Of a DNA stretch of 64,000 bases, positions 1 to 10,925 are shown piece after piece (position 1 is the stretch's first letter; each line of letters begins with the position of its first letter). The stretch covers positions 310,001 to 374,000 of the forward strand of contig JAANOX010000224.1 of the NCBI GenBank assembly GCA_020184695.1, in the 5' to 3' direction. Under the pieces are notes generated by a model, which worked only from the letters and a program-made list of their open reading frames with translations, made no database searches and was not told where the DNA came from. Both the position numbers and the translations under genes were made by a program. The stretch is from Histomonas meleagridis 2922-C6/04-290x. Lineage: Eukaryota > Protista > Parabasalia.

Positions 1-2319
1 TGCCTTCCAAATCTGACAAAACTTTCAATGTCATTGAATGGCATTGAATATTTTCGAGAGGGTATTCAATTTCCACTTTTGAAAGAACTTGACCTGTCAA
101 AAAACCGTTTGAAAAAAGTGCCAAATTTATTTTACTTTTGCCCAAAACTCGAAGTTCTTGATCTTTCTGATAACTTACTTGAGGAATTCCCATTACCTCC
201 TCAAACTATAGTCGATTATAACTTATCCGCAAACAAATTTAGAACCGTGCCTCATATTTTACGATATCTGACCAAATTAAAAAAATTGGACCTAAGCAAA
301 AATAGGATAAAAAGAATACCAAGACTTCCTCCGTCCATTTGTAGTTTAAATTTACAAGGATGTGAAATTTGTCAAATTGAATATTGTTCTGTTCCAAAAT
401 TGACACGTCTAACAATACGCGAAAACAGATTTTCTCATATCCCAGCCTTCGAAAATTGTCAGTTGACTGAATATTATTTGGCATTTAATTATCTAACAAA
501 AATTGAAAGATATGAAATATCGCATTTTGCAACTCGAATCGATTTCTCATATAATTATATTTCCGAAATTCCAAATAATTTTTTTGACAAGTTGGATTTG
601 AAATTCTTTGCAATTGCAGATAACAGATTAACATCAATTCCTCCATCAATTAAGTATACAGCTCTGACAGTATTGGTGATATCTGAGAACAAAATAAAGA
701 AGCTTCCCAAGTTACCAAAGACATTAATTTCACTTTTCGCAGGTTATTGTGATCTTGATTCACTTCCAGATTCACTTTCTAAAAACCCCAATCTTCGTGT
801 TGTCGACGTACCTGGGAATAATTTGCAGTCGATACCAACCTTTAAATCTGTTACTCGTCTTCATTTGTCCAGAAATAAATTTACGGTTTTTCCAGATAAC
901 ATTCCAAACACTATAGTAAATCTTGATCTTTCTTTTAACGACATTGTCGAGATTCCAGAAGATCTTTGTTTCCTTCATCTTGATGAATTAGATTTATCTT
1001 TTAATTGTATCATCAATTTCCCAGAAAACTTCAATGCCCCAATGCTACGTTATCTAAGAATTAGTGCTAATCCTCTTGATGACCTTAACACGTCAGTATT
1101 TCCTCATCTTTTGATTTTGGACATTTCAATGACAAATGTCAAAACCCCCGACGATAGCCCCATCAAACAGATTTTAGTATCAGAAGACTATCCAAGTTCT
1201 CCAAATCTACGTATCCATAGACTAACTTGTGATGATTGGGTCGCTTATGCAGAAATGAAAGGTGTTAGAGATACAATGGAAGATGCAATAATTGTTCGAT
1301 CACATATAAAGGGAAATCTCGATGTTTATGCAATGATAGATGGACATGGCGGAAGTGCTACAGCTGTTTTTAGTGAATATTTTATCGAACAATATGTATC
1401 TTCAGAAAGTTTCAAATTTACAGAAAAATCAGTCTATCAAATGATATACAAGCTGGATGAAGCATTACGAAATCGAAAGTTCTTTGATGGTGCTACAATC
1501 GCAATAGCCTTTTTTAATGGTGAAAAACTAATCACTGCGCATATTGGCGATGCACGAATTCTAGTCATTCATCGAGGCGGTGGAATATATTATTGTACAA
1601 ATGATCATAAAGTTACTGAACGTAGTGAGTTTGAACGAATTCATTCATTTGGAGGTCGAATCACAAATCTTCGATTACATGGAGTTTTAGCGCCAAGTCG
1701 ATGTCTTGGTGATCTTAATGTCCCTGCGAACGTCCCAATTCCCGAAGTGCACACGTACAAAATGAAGAAAAACGACCGCTGGCTCATCATCGGCTGTGAT
1801 GGGATATTTGATGCGATGACGAACATAAAAGTGTCACGAGCGGCGCGACGATCAAATGATGCACGCGGATTAGCTTATGACCTTCGTAACCTTGCTTTTA
1901 CGAATTTATCACTTGATAACATCTCGGTGATAGTAATAGACTTACAAGCACGAAAATTATTCGACTTTGGACAATGCCCAATTGTATCTGATACATCTGA
2001 TGATGAAACTATACCTGAATATCATATGTCGAAACAATTCGTTCCAGTCGACTATTTGTTTTATACAAAGAATAAACTCATGGTTATGAATGAAGAAGAG
2101 GAAGAAGAGGAAGATGAAGAAGAAAAACTACAAAATGAAAATGAAAGTGAAAATGAAGAAATGGAAATCGTGTCAAATAATGAAGATGATGTCGAAGTAA
2201 TCGGAAATCGATATGAAGACTATGAATTGGATATCGTTGGTGATCATTATGAAATGTATGAAGTGAATGATGCAAACCATAACAACAACGAGGAGGACTT
2301 CGAAATAGAAATAATATGA
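1..2319 (+). CDS. LRR + PP2C-type protein phosphatase (PHLPP-like architecture), 5'-truncated by the window edge
   Basis: The frame is open from base 1 (CLPNLTKLSMSLNGI), so the track ATG at 28 is internal. It has many LxxLxLxxN repeats followed by PP2C motifs (RDTMEDA, DGHGG, HIGDAR, DHK, LAPSRCLGD, GCDGIFD, DNISV) and an acidic tail. Confidence 0.9.
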   Translation, partial: CLPNLTKLSMSLNGIEYFREGIQFPLLKELDLSKNRLKKVPNLFYFCPKLEVLDLSDNLLEEFPLPPQTIVDYNLSANKFRTVPHILRYLTKLKKLDLSKNRIKRIPRLPPSICSLNLQGCEICQIEYCSVPKLTRLTIRENRFSHIPAFENCQLTEYYLAFNYLTKIERYEISHFATRIDFSYNYISEIPNNFFDKLDLKFFAIADNRLTSIPPSIKYTALTVLVISENKIKKLPKLPKTLISLFAGYCDLDSLPDSLSKNPNLRVVDVPGNNLQSIPTFKSVTRLHLSRNKFTVFPDNIPNTIVNLDLSFNDIVEIPEDLCFLHLDELDLSFNCIINFPENFNAPMLRYLRISANPLDDLNTSVFPHLLILDISMTNVKTPDDSPIKQILVSEDYPSSPNLRIHRLTCDDWVAYAEMKGVRDTMEDAIIVRSHIKGNLDVYAMIDGHGGSATAVFSEYFIEQYVSSESFKFTEKSVYQMIYKLDEALRNRKFFDGATIAIAFFNGEKLITAHIGDARILVIHRGGGIYYCTNDHKVTERSEFERIHSFGGRITNLRLHGVLAPSRCLGDLNVPANVPIPEVHTYKMKKNDRWLIIGCDGIFDAMTNIKVSRAARRSNDARGLAYDLRNLAFTNLSLDNISVIVIDLQARKLFDFGQCPIVSDTSDDETIPEYHMSKQFVPVDYLFYTKNKLMVMNEEEEEEEDEEEKLQNENESENEEMEIVSNNEDDVEVIGNRYEDYELDIVGDHYEMYEVNDANHNNNEEDFEIEII

Positions 2320-2613
2320 AACAGAAACGAAATGTATTATATAATATAGAAAATAAAAGTGCTGTATGCGAAGTGAAAATTGTGAATTGCGATGTGATGC
2401 TTTTGAATATGAAACAACTTTCATGTAAACTTTAGACAAAAGTTGGTGTTTATTGACATCAACAACGCTTTGTGGTGTGGTATATGCCTGGCATTCATCA
2501 TGACCACCGACATGTGAGGTAAAAATTTGAATTGATTGAGAGGTATCACTTTTTTCTATGGAATGACAACCAAATACTGGATTTGGTTTGTCGGATGTGA
2601 CACATAATATCAT
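2173..2613 (-). CDS. possible small hypothetical protein
   Basis: ATG-initiated 146-aa ORF. The first ~85 codons are relatively GC-rich and compositionally protein-like. The tail overlaps the PP2C 3' end. No family recognised. Confidence 0.25.
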   Translation of the reverse strand: MILCVTSDKPNPVFGCHSIEKSDTSQSIQIFTSHVGGHDECQAYTTPQSVVDVNKHQLLSKVYMKVVSYSKASHRNSQFSLRIQHFYFLYYIIHFVSVSYYFYFEVLLVVVMVCIIHFIHFIMITNDIQFIVFISISDYFDIIFII

Positions 2614-2791
2614 TTCTTTTTATTTCTAAAAATACAAGTTTGCAACCCTCATATCAAACACAATTCGGAAAAATGATGTTATAAAATGACGATAAGTATT
2701 CAATTTCCATTGTGTACACACAATTTCAAAAAATGACATGCATTTCAAAATTAACCGTTAGAATTTACCAGATTTCTCGCAAAAATCCAAC

Positions 2792-5022
2792 ATGATAAAA
2801 ACACAAGTGAACGCTCTAACTAAGAAAAATCGCAGCTTTTATGAACCACTGGTGGATGTCGTATCTAGGATAGATTCAAGGTCACAAGAAGAATCACTAA
2901 ATCTTGCAATGTCATTTTTCGATTCAAAATTTCCAATAACATTTAATACCATTGTTTGTCATTTAATATATCAATACTGTGTTTGTCAAATTTCTTGTTA
3001 TGATTCATATTTAAATTTTTTAACATTAATTAAAGGTGCTGAAGAACAAATTCCTAATGTTAACATTATTGAAATGTTTTGTAATCTTTTATTAAACATA
3101 AATTCAAAAGAATCCGATTTTCTTCTTGAAAAAATGTTTGAAAAAGGATTAATTAACCCAAATTTTGTTCGCTACACAAAATCATTGTTCTTTGCACATC
3201 TTATGTCACCACGAACAATTCGAAATTTAAATGATTATGATCCATATAAAGATGAATATTCCGGCGGTGTGTTTTGGACAGACTTTTTCCAAAATTATCA
3301 AAAACTTTCTGAAAATGATTGGGTACTTCATAAGCAATTGATAAGCGAAGGAAATAATCCAGAAACAATAACAGATATAATAAAAAATGATAATGTTACA
3401 AAACTTAGAGAAGTTTCAGTGGTAACAAATTTTGATTTCGATCAAAAAATTAAGAAATCGCTTTATGAAAAAAATAGTTTTATTAATAATGATAATGTTT
3501 CACTTATCGATTATGCAGCATTTTTTGGGTCGATTAAATGTTTTAATTATTTAATGTCTAAAGATTCTAATTTAAAAAATACATTTAAATATGCAATCGC
3601 AGGTGGAAATCTTGAAATCCTTCAAAGTTGTTATCAAAATCATTCATCGCCTGAAGGTATATTTGAAACAGCAATTGAATTTCATCAAAATGAAATTTTC
3701 CATTTCTTTTATGAAAAAGAAGACATTAATCACGATTTATCATTAAGTAAATTAGGAACATTATGTGTTAGATATAGTAATTATGAAATTTTTTCATATC
3801 TCGAAAAAGAAAACATGAAAATTGATGATGATATTATTAACGAAATTGCAACAAATGGCGACTTATTCTTGTTTAATCGATTTGTTGAGAAAAGAAAATT
3901 GCCTAAAAATGTTTTGTTTTCTGCTATAAAGTCCGGAAATGTTGAACTAGTAAATTATATTATTGATAAAAATGAAGTTGATATTAATGAGCATTTAAAT
4001 AATGTTCTTTTAAATATTTTGATATTTTATTGTTTGTTTTATGACTCCACTTATTTTAGCTATAAAATATGGTTACTTTGATATTGTTAAATTACTGTTG
4101 GAAAACAATAAAACTTATGTGAATGAAAAAGATATTTTTTTGTGTGATTTCAAATTGATTTCAATAATTTTTTGTTTTAAAATAATATTTGGATTTTCTT
4201 TAAATAATTTTGTACTGCATTATTAGCAGCATCAAAAAAAGGAAATATTGAAATACTAAAAATTATTCTTGAACATCCACGAATTAACATTAATGACCAA
4301 GATATATATTTTTTGGATTCAATATTTATTTTGAGTATTTATGGATAAAATTTCATATTTCATGTTTTTATTAAATATTTTTCACAGCACTTATATATGC
4401 ATCGACATTTGATTATATTGATATTGTTGAAGTTCTACTTAAACGAAAGGATATTGATGTGAATTTAAAAAATGTTTTTTCATTTTTTCTAATGTTTGTT
4501 TATCATACTCCTTGTTTTATAATGTTTTTTGAAATTCATTTAAAATAATTCGTTCAGCAGTAATGATTGCATCAAGATATGGTTATACTGAAATTGTTAA
4601 CTTACTTCTTAAAAATGAAGAAATTAAAATTGGTTATAAAGATGTCTTTTAATATAATTTCATATTAATTTCTTTTATTTAAAGTTTTATGATGATATTT
4701 GGAATATATATAATTTATTTAGAACTGCTCTTATTTATGCATGTAAAAATGGTAATTTCGAAATAGCAAAATTACTTTTGAGTCATAAAGGTAAACATCA
4801 ACATGCTGCAGATAATTATTTTGTTTAATTTTTGTTTGTATTTGAAATTTAAATTTTCAAAATAAAATTTGGAGTTTAATAACTTTGTTTAAATCAGCAC
4901 TTATGTACGCAACTGAAAAAGGCTATACTGAAATTGTTAGCTTATTCTCTGCACATAAAATCAGATCTAAAATGATGAAAAACAAACTTTTGAAAAAAGT
5001 AAGAAAATCCATGAACAAATAA
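2792..5022 (+). CDS. DUF3447-type ankyrin-repeat protein A, interrupted by 6 non-canonical spacers
   Basis: The head ORF has the parabasalid ankyrin-family motif (LIDYAAFFGSIKCF). Open coding segments are 2792-4003, 4044-4133, 4214-4303, 4384-4473, 4554-4643, 4724-4813 and 4894-5022 (TAA). Each internal segment is a 30-aa ankyrin repeat, e.g. TALLAASKKGNIEILKIILEHPRININDQD. Confidence 0.85.
4004..4893 (+). repeat. 170-bp-period array: 90-nt ankyrin segment + 80-nt AT-rich spacer
   Basis: Spacers are 4004-4043 (40 nt), then 4134-4213, 4304-4383, 4474-4553, 4644-4723 and 4814-4893 (80 nt each). Confidence 0.9.
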
Positions 5023-5132
5023 ATAAAAATCTCTAATTCTATAAATATAATTTTATTGAAAATTCGTTATATAAAATGGAGCACTTTTTAAATTAAACTT
5101 GATAAAATCCGTACGTTTATTTTTTAATAAAA

Positions 5133-5444
5133 ATGAGCACAAGGAAAAATTTTGATGCTGAGAAGCTTTTATCACCAAAATTCGCTAAAAGTATCGAAAA
5201 GAATGAAGAATTTACATGTTCCAATCTTCCGGTTGATATATTCAAGATTGATGTTGCATCATTTTTATCAGAAAATGTTGATCCACAAATGCCTTTTAGA
5301 CAAATTGACAGAAACACTACAACGTCCCGTTATTCAAATGCTTCAAATGGAATTAAGAAGACCATGAATACATATTCAAAAAATAATGTTCAAGATTCTA
5401 TCAAATCACACGGGTATTCCAAGTTTGGTTTTTCCAAAAATTAA
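5133..5444 (+). CDS. hypothetical protein (103 aa)
   Basis: ATG ORF filling the gap between two genes, with protein-like composition. No family recognised. Confidence 0.55.
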   Translation: MSTRKNFDAEKLLSPKFAKSIEKNEEFTCSNLPVDIFKIDVASFLSENVDPQMPFRQIDRNTTTSRYSNASNGIKKTMNTYSKNNVQDSIKSHGYSKFGFSKN

Positions 5445-5516
5445 TTTGCTATTAAATAAAATGACTAAAAGCTTTTTTAATTTTAAAAACAACAAATAAG
5501 TCGACCGTTTAACAAA

Positions 5517-6995
5517 ATGGCGTTTGTTGATTCCACGCTGAATGTAAGTTTAAAAGAGGGTTCAGAAAAGAAATCCGGTCTCCTTAAGCTACAGTTCGGT
5601 AGTGGAAGTCTTTCACTTTCTTTTTTCCCAGAACAATTAATCACTGTAGGAAATGATGAAAAGCGCAGAATAGCTCAAATACCTGAATTTGTTCAGCAAC
5701 TCAGCGATTTTACAATACTCAGAGTTGATCCAAACGACAGTCTCAATATTACACTAGTTGGTTCTTGTAGTAAATATTGTATCTGTTTTCAAAACAACAC
5801 AGATTCCAATACTTTCCTTGATTGTATATTCCAAAAAGTTCAGCTTGAACATTCTAAGTACGATCCAGATTTATTTCTTATTAATTCTCTTGACACACCA
5901 TCTCAATCATATATAGTTCCTATCCTTCCTCGTATATGTTCTAACCGAGTTCACATATCTCTCTCAGATGTTCAATCTCAAAATCTTTTTTTCACCTTAT
6001 CTTCAAAAGTCCGTCAAATTTCCAAAGATTATTTTCTTTCTCTTCTAAACTCTGAAGGAAAGGTTGCTAACATGTCTGAATTTCCAGAAATACTCTTTAA
6101 TTCATCAGTTGACTATGACGTCCTGCCGCAGCTGTGGAAGTTCATCTTATACGACGGTTATGCGGTTATGACAGCCGATGAGCGAAACGAATTCGATGGC
6201 AAAAAGCGTTCTCTTTATAGAACAGTGAAAAAACAGTGGGAAACTACAACTACTAATCAATGGCATAATAGCCCTGAACTTCGGTCATTGGTTAAAACTC
6301 TCGAACGTGATCTTCGAGCACATTCTTCTATTTTCGAAAAATATTCATCACCAAAATGTGTTCAAAGGATTACCTTCAATGTTTTCCTTACTCTTTCATT
6401 CTATAATTGGGATAATGCTTCTTATGTTCCTGGTCTTGTTGAATTATTAACACCTTTCCTTGACTCTTTCATCAAAGATGCGAATGGTGAAAGTGTCTTC
6501 ATGCCAAACAATGAGACTCTCGGTATTGAAGACATAGAAGCAGATATATTTACAGTTTTCAATCTTTTTTATGAGAAAAACAAAATCTCGTCCTTAATCA
6601 GACATTCCTCGAAACAGCCTCTTCTTAAGCTTCAGATGTTTGCTGATATCAACGATATTTTACAGAAAGATTTTCCTACGTTATTACAGTTGCTCAATCA
6701 AAAGCATGCGTACTCATTAGATTTCATGAGAGGAGACTGCGAAAAGTGGTTTGCTACTTGTTTTGAAGGAGAAGATTTAATGCGTTTGTGGATATCTTCT
6801 GCATCATCAGCTGACTCCATCGAATTTATGAAGAGTTTCATTGTGTCAATGCTGTACTCGCTCGCGCCGATGTTAATTGAGATGAACTCATTGAATAATG
6901 AGGAGATGGTTCGAATGTATCAGAAGGAAAAAACGAAATTTGACTTGAATGTGCTCTTGCATAATACGAAGGAAATGCTCTTGAAAAATAAGTAA
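5517..6995 (+). CDS. TBC-domain (Rab-GAP-like, TBC1D15/17-like) protein with degenerate catalytic motifs
   Basis: LWKFIL, YRTVKKQW, LERDLRA, YVPGLVELL, WFATCF and LMRLW match the TBC fold motifs in order. Confidence 0.7.
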   Translation: MAFVDSTLNVSLKEGSEKKSGLLKLQFGSGSLSLSFFPEQLITVGNDEKRRIAQIPEFVQQLSDFTILRVDPNDSLNITLVGSCSKYCICFQNNTDSNTFLDCIFQKVQLEHSKYDPDLFLINSLDTPSQSYIVPILPRICSNRVHISLSDVQSQNLFFTLSSKVRQISKDYFLSLLNSEGKVANMSEFPEILFNSSVDYDVLPQLWKFILYDGYAVMTADERNEFDGKKRSLYRTVKKQWETTTTNQWHNSPELRSLVKTLERDLRAHSSIFEKYSSPKCVQRITFNVFLTLSFYNWDNASYVPGLVELLTPFLDSFIKDANGESVFMPNNETLGIEDIEADIFTVFNLFYEKNKISSLIRHSSKQPLLKLQMFADINDILQKDFPTLLQLLNQKHAYSLDFMRGDCEKWFATCFEGEDLMRLWISSASSADSIEFMKSFIVSMLYSLAPMLIEMNSLNNEEMVRMYQKEKTKFDLNVLLHNTKEMLLKNK

Positions 6996-7159
6996 CTCGA
7001 ATTCGATTAAATTTATTGTTTATAAACAATTTTGATTTTGTTGTGTTAAAAATTGATTCTTTTGATATGAAAAATCTTTAAAGATTCTTCTAAGGTGAAC
7101 TTGTGATTTAGACTCAAGAAATAAAGTTATCCAATTTCAACAGTAAATAATTTCCAAAT

Positions 7160-7540
7160 CATTGGAAACTTTTACTGATTTAGAAGAATATAAATCTTTA
7201 CGAAAGATGATTAAAAGGAAATTTGGAAAACTTCAAAAAGGAGAAAGACTTGAATCATCTAGAATAAGTTTAAACTTTATTGAAAAAGGTGATCAAAATG
7301 ATTGAAAAAGATCATTAGTTTGTGGGATTTTCTCGAATTCAATTGCTATCAATGTAATTGCATTTATTATTTGGGAAATGCAAGTCAACATTTAGCAGTT
7401 CTTTTCAACAAATTGGATACGCTTTGCTACCAGGGAAACAATTGTCAATTGACACTGCAGAATTTCTTTTCAGAATGCCAATAGTGCACTATGTCAACAG
7501 ACCTAAAGGAATAGACAATGCGAGAAAATACATCACATAA
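7160..7540 (+). pseudogene. pseudogene of the IBP39-type initiator-binding-domain (IBD) family
   Basis: One frame reads LEEYKSLRK...GDQND*KRSLVCGIFSNSIAINV (TGA at 7303-7305 where Trp is expected). After a frameshift near 7354 it reads LHLLFGKCKSTFSSSFQQIGY, matching the DWKRxLVCGI...AIN..L..L.GKCKSSINGS...GY signature. Ends are approximate. Confidence 0.7.
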
Positions 7541-8263
7541 AATGTTTAGAAATCAAAAAATATTTATCATCCCAATTTTAAAGATTCTAATGGAAACCTC
7601 ACACTCACCTTTACAAATTAATCCTGAGTCAATGGGAAAATTGTAGAAACAAATTTCCCTTGTCCTGCAAATTTCAAAATAAATTTGTCAACCAGGTTTC
7701 TTTTACGGCATGAACCAGTACCTTTTTCATTTTTTCTTACAGTGCTATTAAATAAATCTCAACATTATTTTTCAGAGCACCTAAAAAATACGTTAAAAAT
7801 GAGTTTTGATAAAAAATATTTGTTGCCAGTAAAAATGTCAATCAAATTTTGAATTAAGTGTGTAAACGATAGAGGAAAATTGTGGGAAAATAATCTTCTA
7901 ATATCTCTAATAAAGGAATAGCTAATAAATAACCTCAGATCTCATTATCTTGTAACTATTTTTCGAAACTTCAAAATCACCCACCCTTAATAACATAAGA
8001 TCTACATCCCAAATCCCTTAGTTTCAGGGTATTATCTTTAGATGGCTCTAATTTTGATATGACCAAAAAATTTGATCAACAAAAAAATTTATTTTAATGC
8101 GTTTAATCATGTTCTGATAACTTAAGAGTTTCTAAAATCGCATTTTGAACTTTCGAAATGATTTTTGTGAGTAAATTTAAGCACAAATTTTCACAATTTC
8201 ATCAAATAAACGAAGATAAAAAGGAATGAAATGACAAGTTTTCAAATTTTTTACTTCTCTGCT

Positions 8264-8533
8264 TTAATTATCATCTTCTTCCTCTTCTTTCTTGGCTTTC
8301 TTACTAGATTTCTTTGAATCACCACCTGCTTGAGCCTTTTCAGCAGCTGCCTTTTCATTATATACTTTTTTCTCTTCGTCGCTTAAGTCTCTCCACATTT
8401 GGCCAACTTTTTTCATAATTTCTTTCTGTAAAATATCTGGGTTCTCTTCTACGATCTTTGGACGAACTTCAGCTTGGAAGATAAGGTAACCTGACCTTGG
8501 ACGCTTTGGCTTATCACCACTTGTTTTAGGCAT
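8264..8533 (-). CDS. single HMG-box protein (NHP6/HMGB-like)
   Basis: KPKRPRSGYLIF...VGQMWRDLSDEEKKVY HMG-box signature with a basic/acidic tail. Confidence 0.92.
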   Translation of the reverse strand: MPKTSGDKPKRPRSGYLIFQAEVRPKIVEENPDILQKEIMKKVGQMWRDLSDEEKKVYNEKAAAEKAQAGGDSKKSSKKAKKEEEEDDN

Positions 8534-8538
8534 TTATG

Positions 8539-8545
8539 AAAATGA
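8539..8545 (-). promoter_or_regulatory. Inr-like element (TCATTTT) upstream of the HMG gene
   Basis: TCATTTTCATAAATG on the minus strand fits the trichomonad Inr TCA(Y)(W) just upstream of ATG. Confidence 0.5.
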
Positions 8546-9020
8546 ACTGAAAGATATTTCACTGGTGAATCAAATATTTGAATAAGCCTCAAACATTGAC
8601 TAAAATGGCGCCAAATTAAACATAAACGTATTACACTTTTTGAATAATATTATGACGGTTGAAATATCGTTTTTGACCAATAACAAAATCTTGTCAAAAA
8701 CAGGTTTTGGAATTAATGAAAATCTCCGAAATGAAAAAGCGCAATGAACATTTGTTGTGAATATGTGAAGAGCCACTATATATCTCAATGATGGGTTTGT
8801 TAAATTTCTAATATTAGACATTTTATTGTTAAATTTTGGAATTAATGTACTTATTATAACTTCTTGATGCTATAGAAGACGCCGCAAAAAGGATCAGAAT
8901 GGTTCTTTGGGCGAATTCGCGGATGGAGGAAGCAATGGAACCATTTAGATAACCGTCTTGATTCAAATTTTCAGATAATTTTATCTCAAAGTAAAAAAGT
9001 CATCGAAGAAATTCTGTGGT

Positions 9021-9899
9021 TTATATCTCATCTGCCATCCATTCTTCATCGTTTTCTTCTTCATCTTCGTTGTCTGTGCTTTCCTCAATAAATTCTTGAC
9101 TTGGTTTCTTTCGAGAAGATGAATAAGTTTCTTCATCTATAACATCTTCAAGTTCTTCTGCTGGTTCTGGGGTTGGTGTTGGAGTTCGAATTGAAACACC
9201 ACATTTATAAGATTTTAAGAATTTTAGGATTTCTTCTGAGTCTGCTGTGCTTTCATATTTAATAGTTTGTGGTTTTTTGAACAAAAAAGCTCCAAAATTC
9301 TCGTCGCCAAGTAAACTTTTGGCTAATTCTTCGTTTTCCCTTTTATCAATTGCAATGAATCTAGCTCCTTTTCTTACTTTTTTCTCTAAAGCTCTAGCTG
9401 AGTTGTGTAGATCTTGTGAACCGTTATATCTTGGTATGTCAATAATAGCAAATAAACACGTAGGTTTCTTCATAAGCTGACTTACCATAGTTTTGTTTGT
9501 ATATAATAAATTATTTTGCATTGATGTTGGCCAAATTCCAACTTGTTGACGAAGCCATTTTTCAAATATAGCTGTATCAATATTTCTATTATACCTTTGA
9601 GGATGTGTTTTTCCAGGCATCCAAACAAGCCATGATGGTCGATCAAAAACACCTGTTGAATCACAGATATCATTGTAATGATCACAATCAATTTGTCCAA
9701 ACTCAACACGTGGTTCAAGCCAGTACATTCTACTCAACTCTTCATATGTATCTTCTGCATCTACACATGCAGGACAATCTTTTTGATAAAAATGAACAAT
9801 AGAAATTTTCTCTTCCTGATTGCAGAATGAAAAGAATGTTTTGTCTGTTAAGTCTGTAATGGTTGGTGATCTTAAAAATAATAAAAATGTTAAAAACAT
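9021..9899 (-). CDS. thioredoxin/PDI-family protein with signal peptide
   Basis: Hydrophobic N-terminus, FYQKDCPAC (CxxC), VEFGQIDCD, a second thioredoxin-like domain and an acidic tail. Confidence 0.8.
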   Translation of the reverse strand: MFLTFLLFLRSPTITDLTDKTFFSFCNQEEKISIVHFYQKDCPACVDAEDTYEELSRMYWLEPRVEFGQIDCDHYNDICDSTGVFDRPSWLVWMPGKTHPQRYNRNIDTAIFEKWLRQQVGIWPTSMQNNLLYTNKTMVSQLMKKPTCLFAIIDIPRYNGSQDLHNSARALEKKVRKGARFIAIDKRENEELAKSLLGDENFGAFLFKKPQTIKYESTADSEEILKFLKSYKCGVSIRTPTPTPEPAEELEDVIDEETYSSSRKKPSQEFIEESTDNEDEEENDEEWMADEI

Positions 9900-10000
9900 T
9901 TATTTCAGCCTGCTGGAAAAAACCGATATAAGCCGCTTTCATAGCTTTCAAAAAGTTATCCTTACGGGGCAAATTTTACCCACTGAAAAGGAAACTGTAG

Positions 10001-10447
10001 ATGGCTTCAAGGCGAATTGCATCGGATTACAAAATAATAACAACTCAACCACCTGATGGTGTTAGACTTGTAGAACAAGAAACTCTTAATGAATGGATAT
10101 GTGAAATAGATGGTCCAAAGGACACAATTTGGGAGAATGGAGTCTTCAGATTAAAAGTGACTTTTCCACCTGAATACCCATTTAAAGCTCCTCGAGTTGT
10201 TTTTACAACGCCAATGTTCCATCCAAACATATCTCCACAAGGTAATATTTGTATTGATTTACTTTTTGATCGTTGGCTTCCATCATTTCACATAGCTTCA
10301 CTTTTAGTTTCAATAAGATCATTTCTAGATGATCCAAATCCAGATCATGGTCTAAACAATGAAGCATTAGATCAATTTCGAAATAATAAGGAACTGTATG
10401 CAAGGAATGTTAAAAAATACATTGAACAATATGCAACAAAGAAATAA
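10001..10447 (+). CDS. ubiquitin-conjugating enzyme E2
   Basis: FPPEYPFKAP, HPNISPQGNIC (catalytic Cys), W.PS...LVSIRSFLDDPN. Confidence 0.95.
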   Translation: MASRRIASDYKIITTQPPDGVRLVEQETLNEWICEIDGPKDTIWENGVFRLKVTFPPEYPFKAPRVVFTTPMFHPNISPQGNICIDLLFDRWLPSFHIASLLVSIRSFLDDPNPDHGLNNEALDQFRNNKELYARNVKKYIEQYATKK

Positions 10448-10555
10448 AAATAACTTTTTTGGAAATAATAAATGCAATTAATGAAGAACGGTATTTTTTT
10501 CTTTACTATTAATTTTGCCAAAATATTTTCTTTGAATTTTTTATGGAATTTTTTA

Positions 10556-10741
10556 ATGGAAGTCGAAATTAAGAAAGATACAAGGTTCAACAGACCTCTT
10601 TCCTTGAAGTTTGGGGTAGTTGAGTTTTCTCCTAAAGAGATGAAAAAAAGAAAGGCTATCTTTTTTGGAAATCTTGCATTATTTTCAATATTTTCATTAA
10701 CAGCCATTGGAATCGGAATTTGGCAGGATCGATCAAAGTGA
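10556..10741 (+). CDS. small single-pass membrane protein (61 aa)
   Basis: In-frame ATG at 10556, basic N-terminus and one hydrophobic helix (AIFFGNLALFSIFSLTAIGIGIW). Confidence 0.5.
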   Translation: MEVEIKKDTRFNRPLSLKFGVVEFSPKEMKKRKAIFFGNLALFSIFSLTAIGIGIWQDRSK

Positions 10742-10925
10742 CCAGGAAAAAGAAATTGGAAATTGATTATGTTTAAAATTATTAAATAAATTATTTCATA
10801 ATTTACAAATAATTCGAATCTGATTTTTTAAAACACTTCTGCTTTGTTCGATGTATATATTGGGTTCTTTGTTTTAATACCACTTGTTTTGATTTTGTTT
10901 TTTGATGAAGTAATAAAAGTGCCAA

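Noticed and set aside
4004-4081. ORF-track C-termini of the two ankyrin ORFs (VLLNILIF... and VFLIKLEK... at 22438-22485) as real TM tails
   Set aside because: They are read-through into the first spacer; ankyrin coding resumes right after.
4004-4893. Ordinary spliceosomal (GT-AG or AT-AC) introns
   Set aside because: Only some spacers begin with GT. There is no consistent AG or frame-preserving AC at the 3' ends, and no ACTAAC branch motif.
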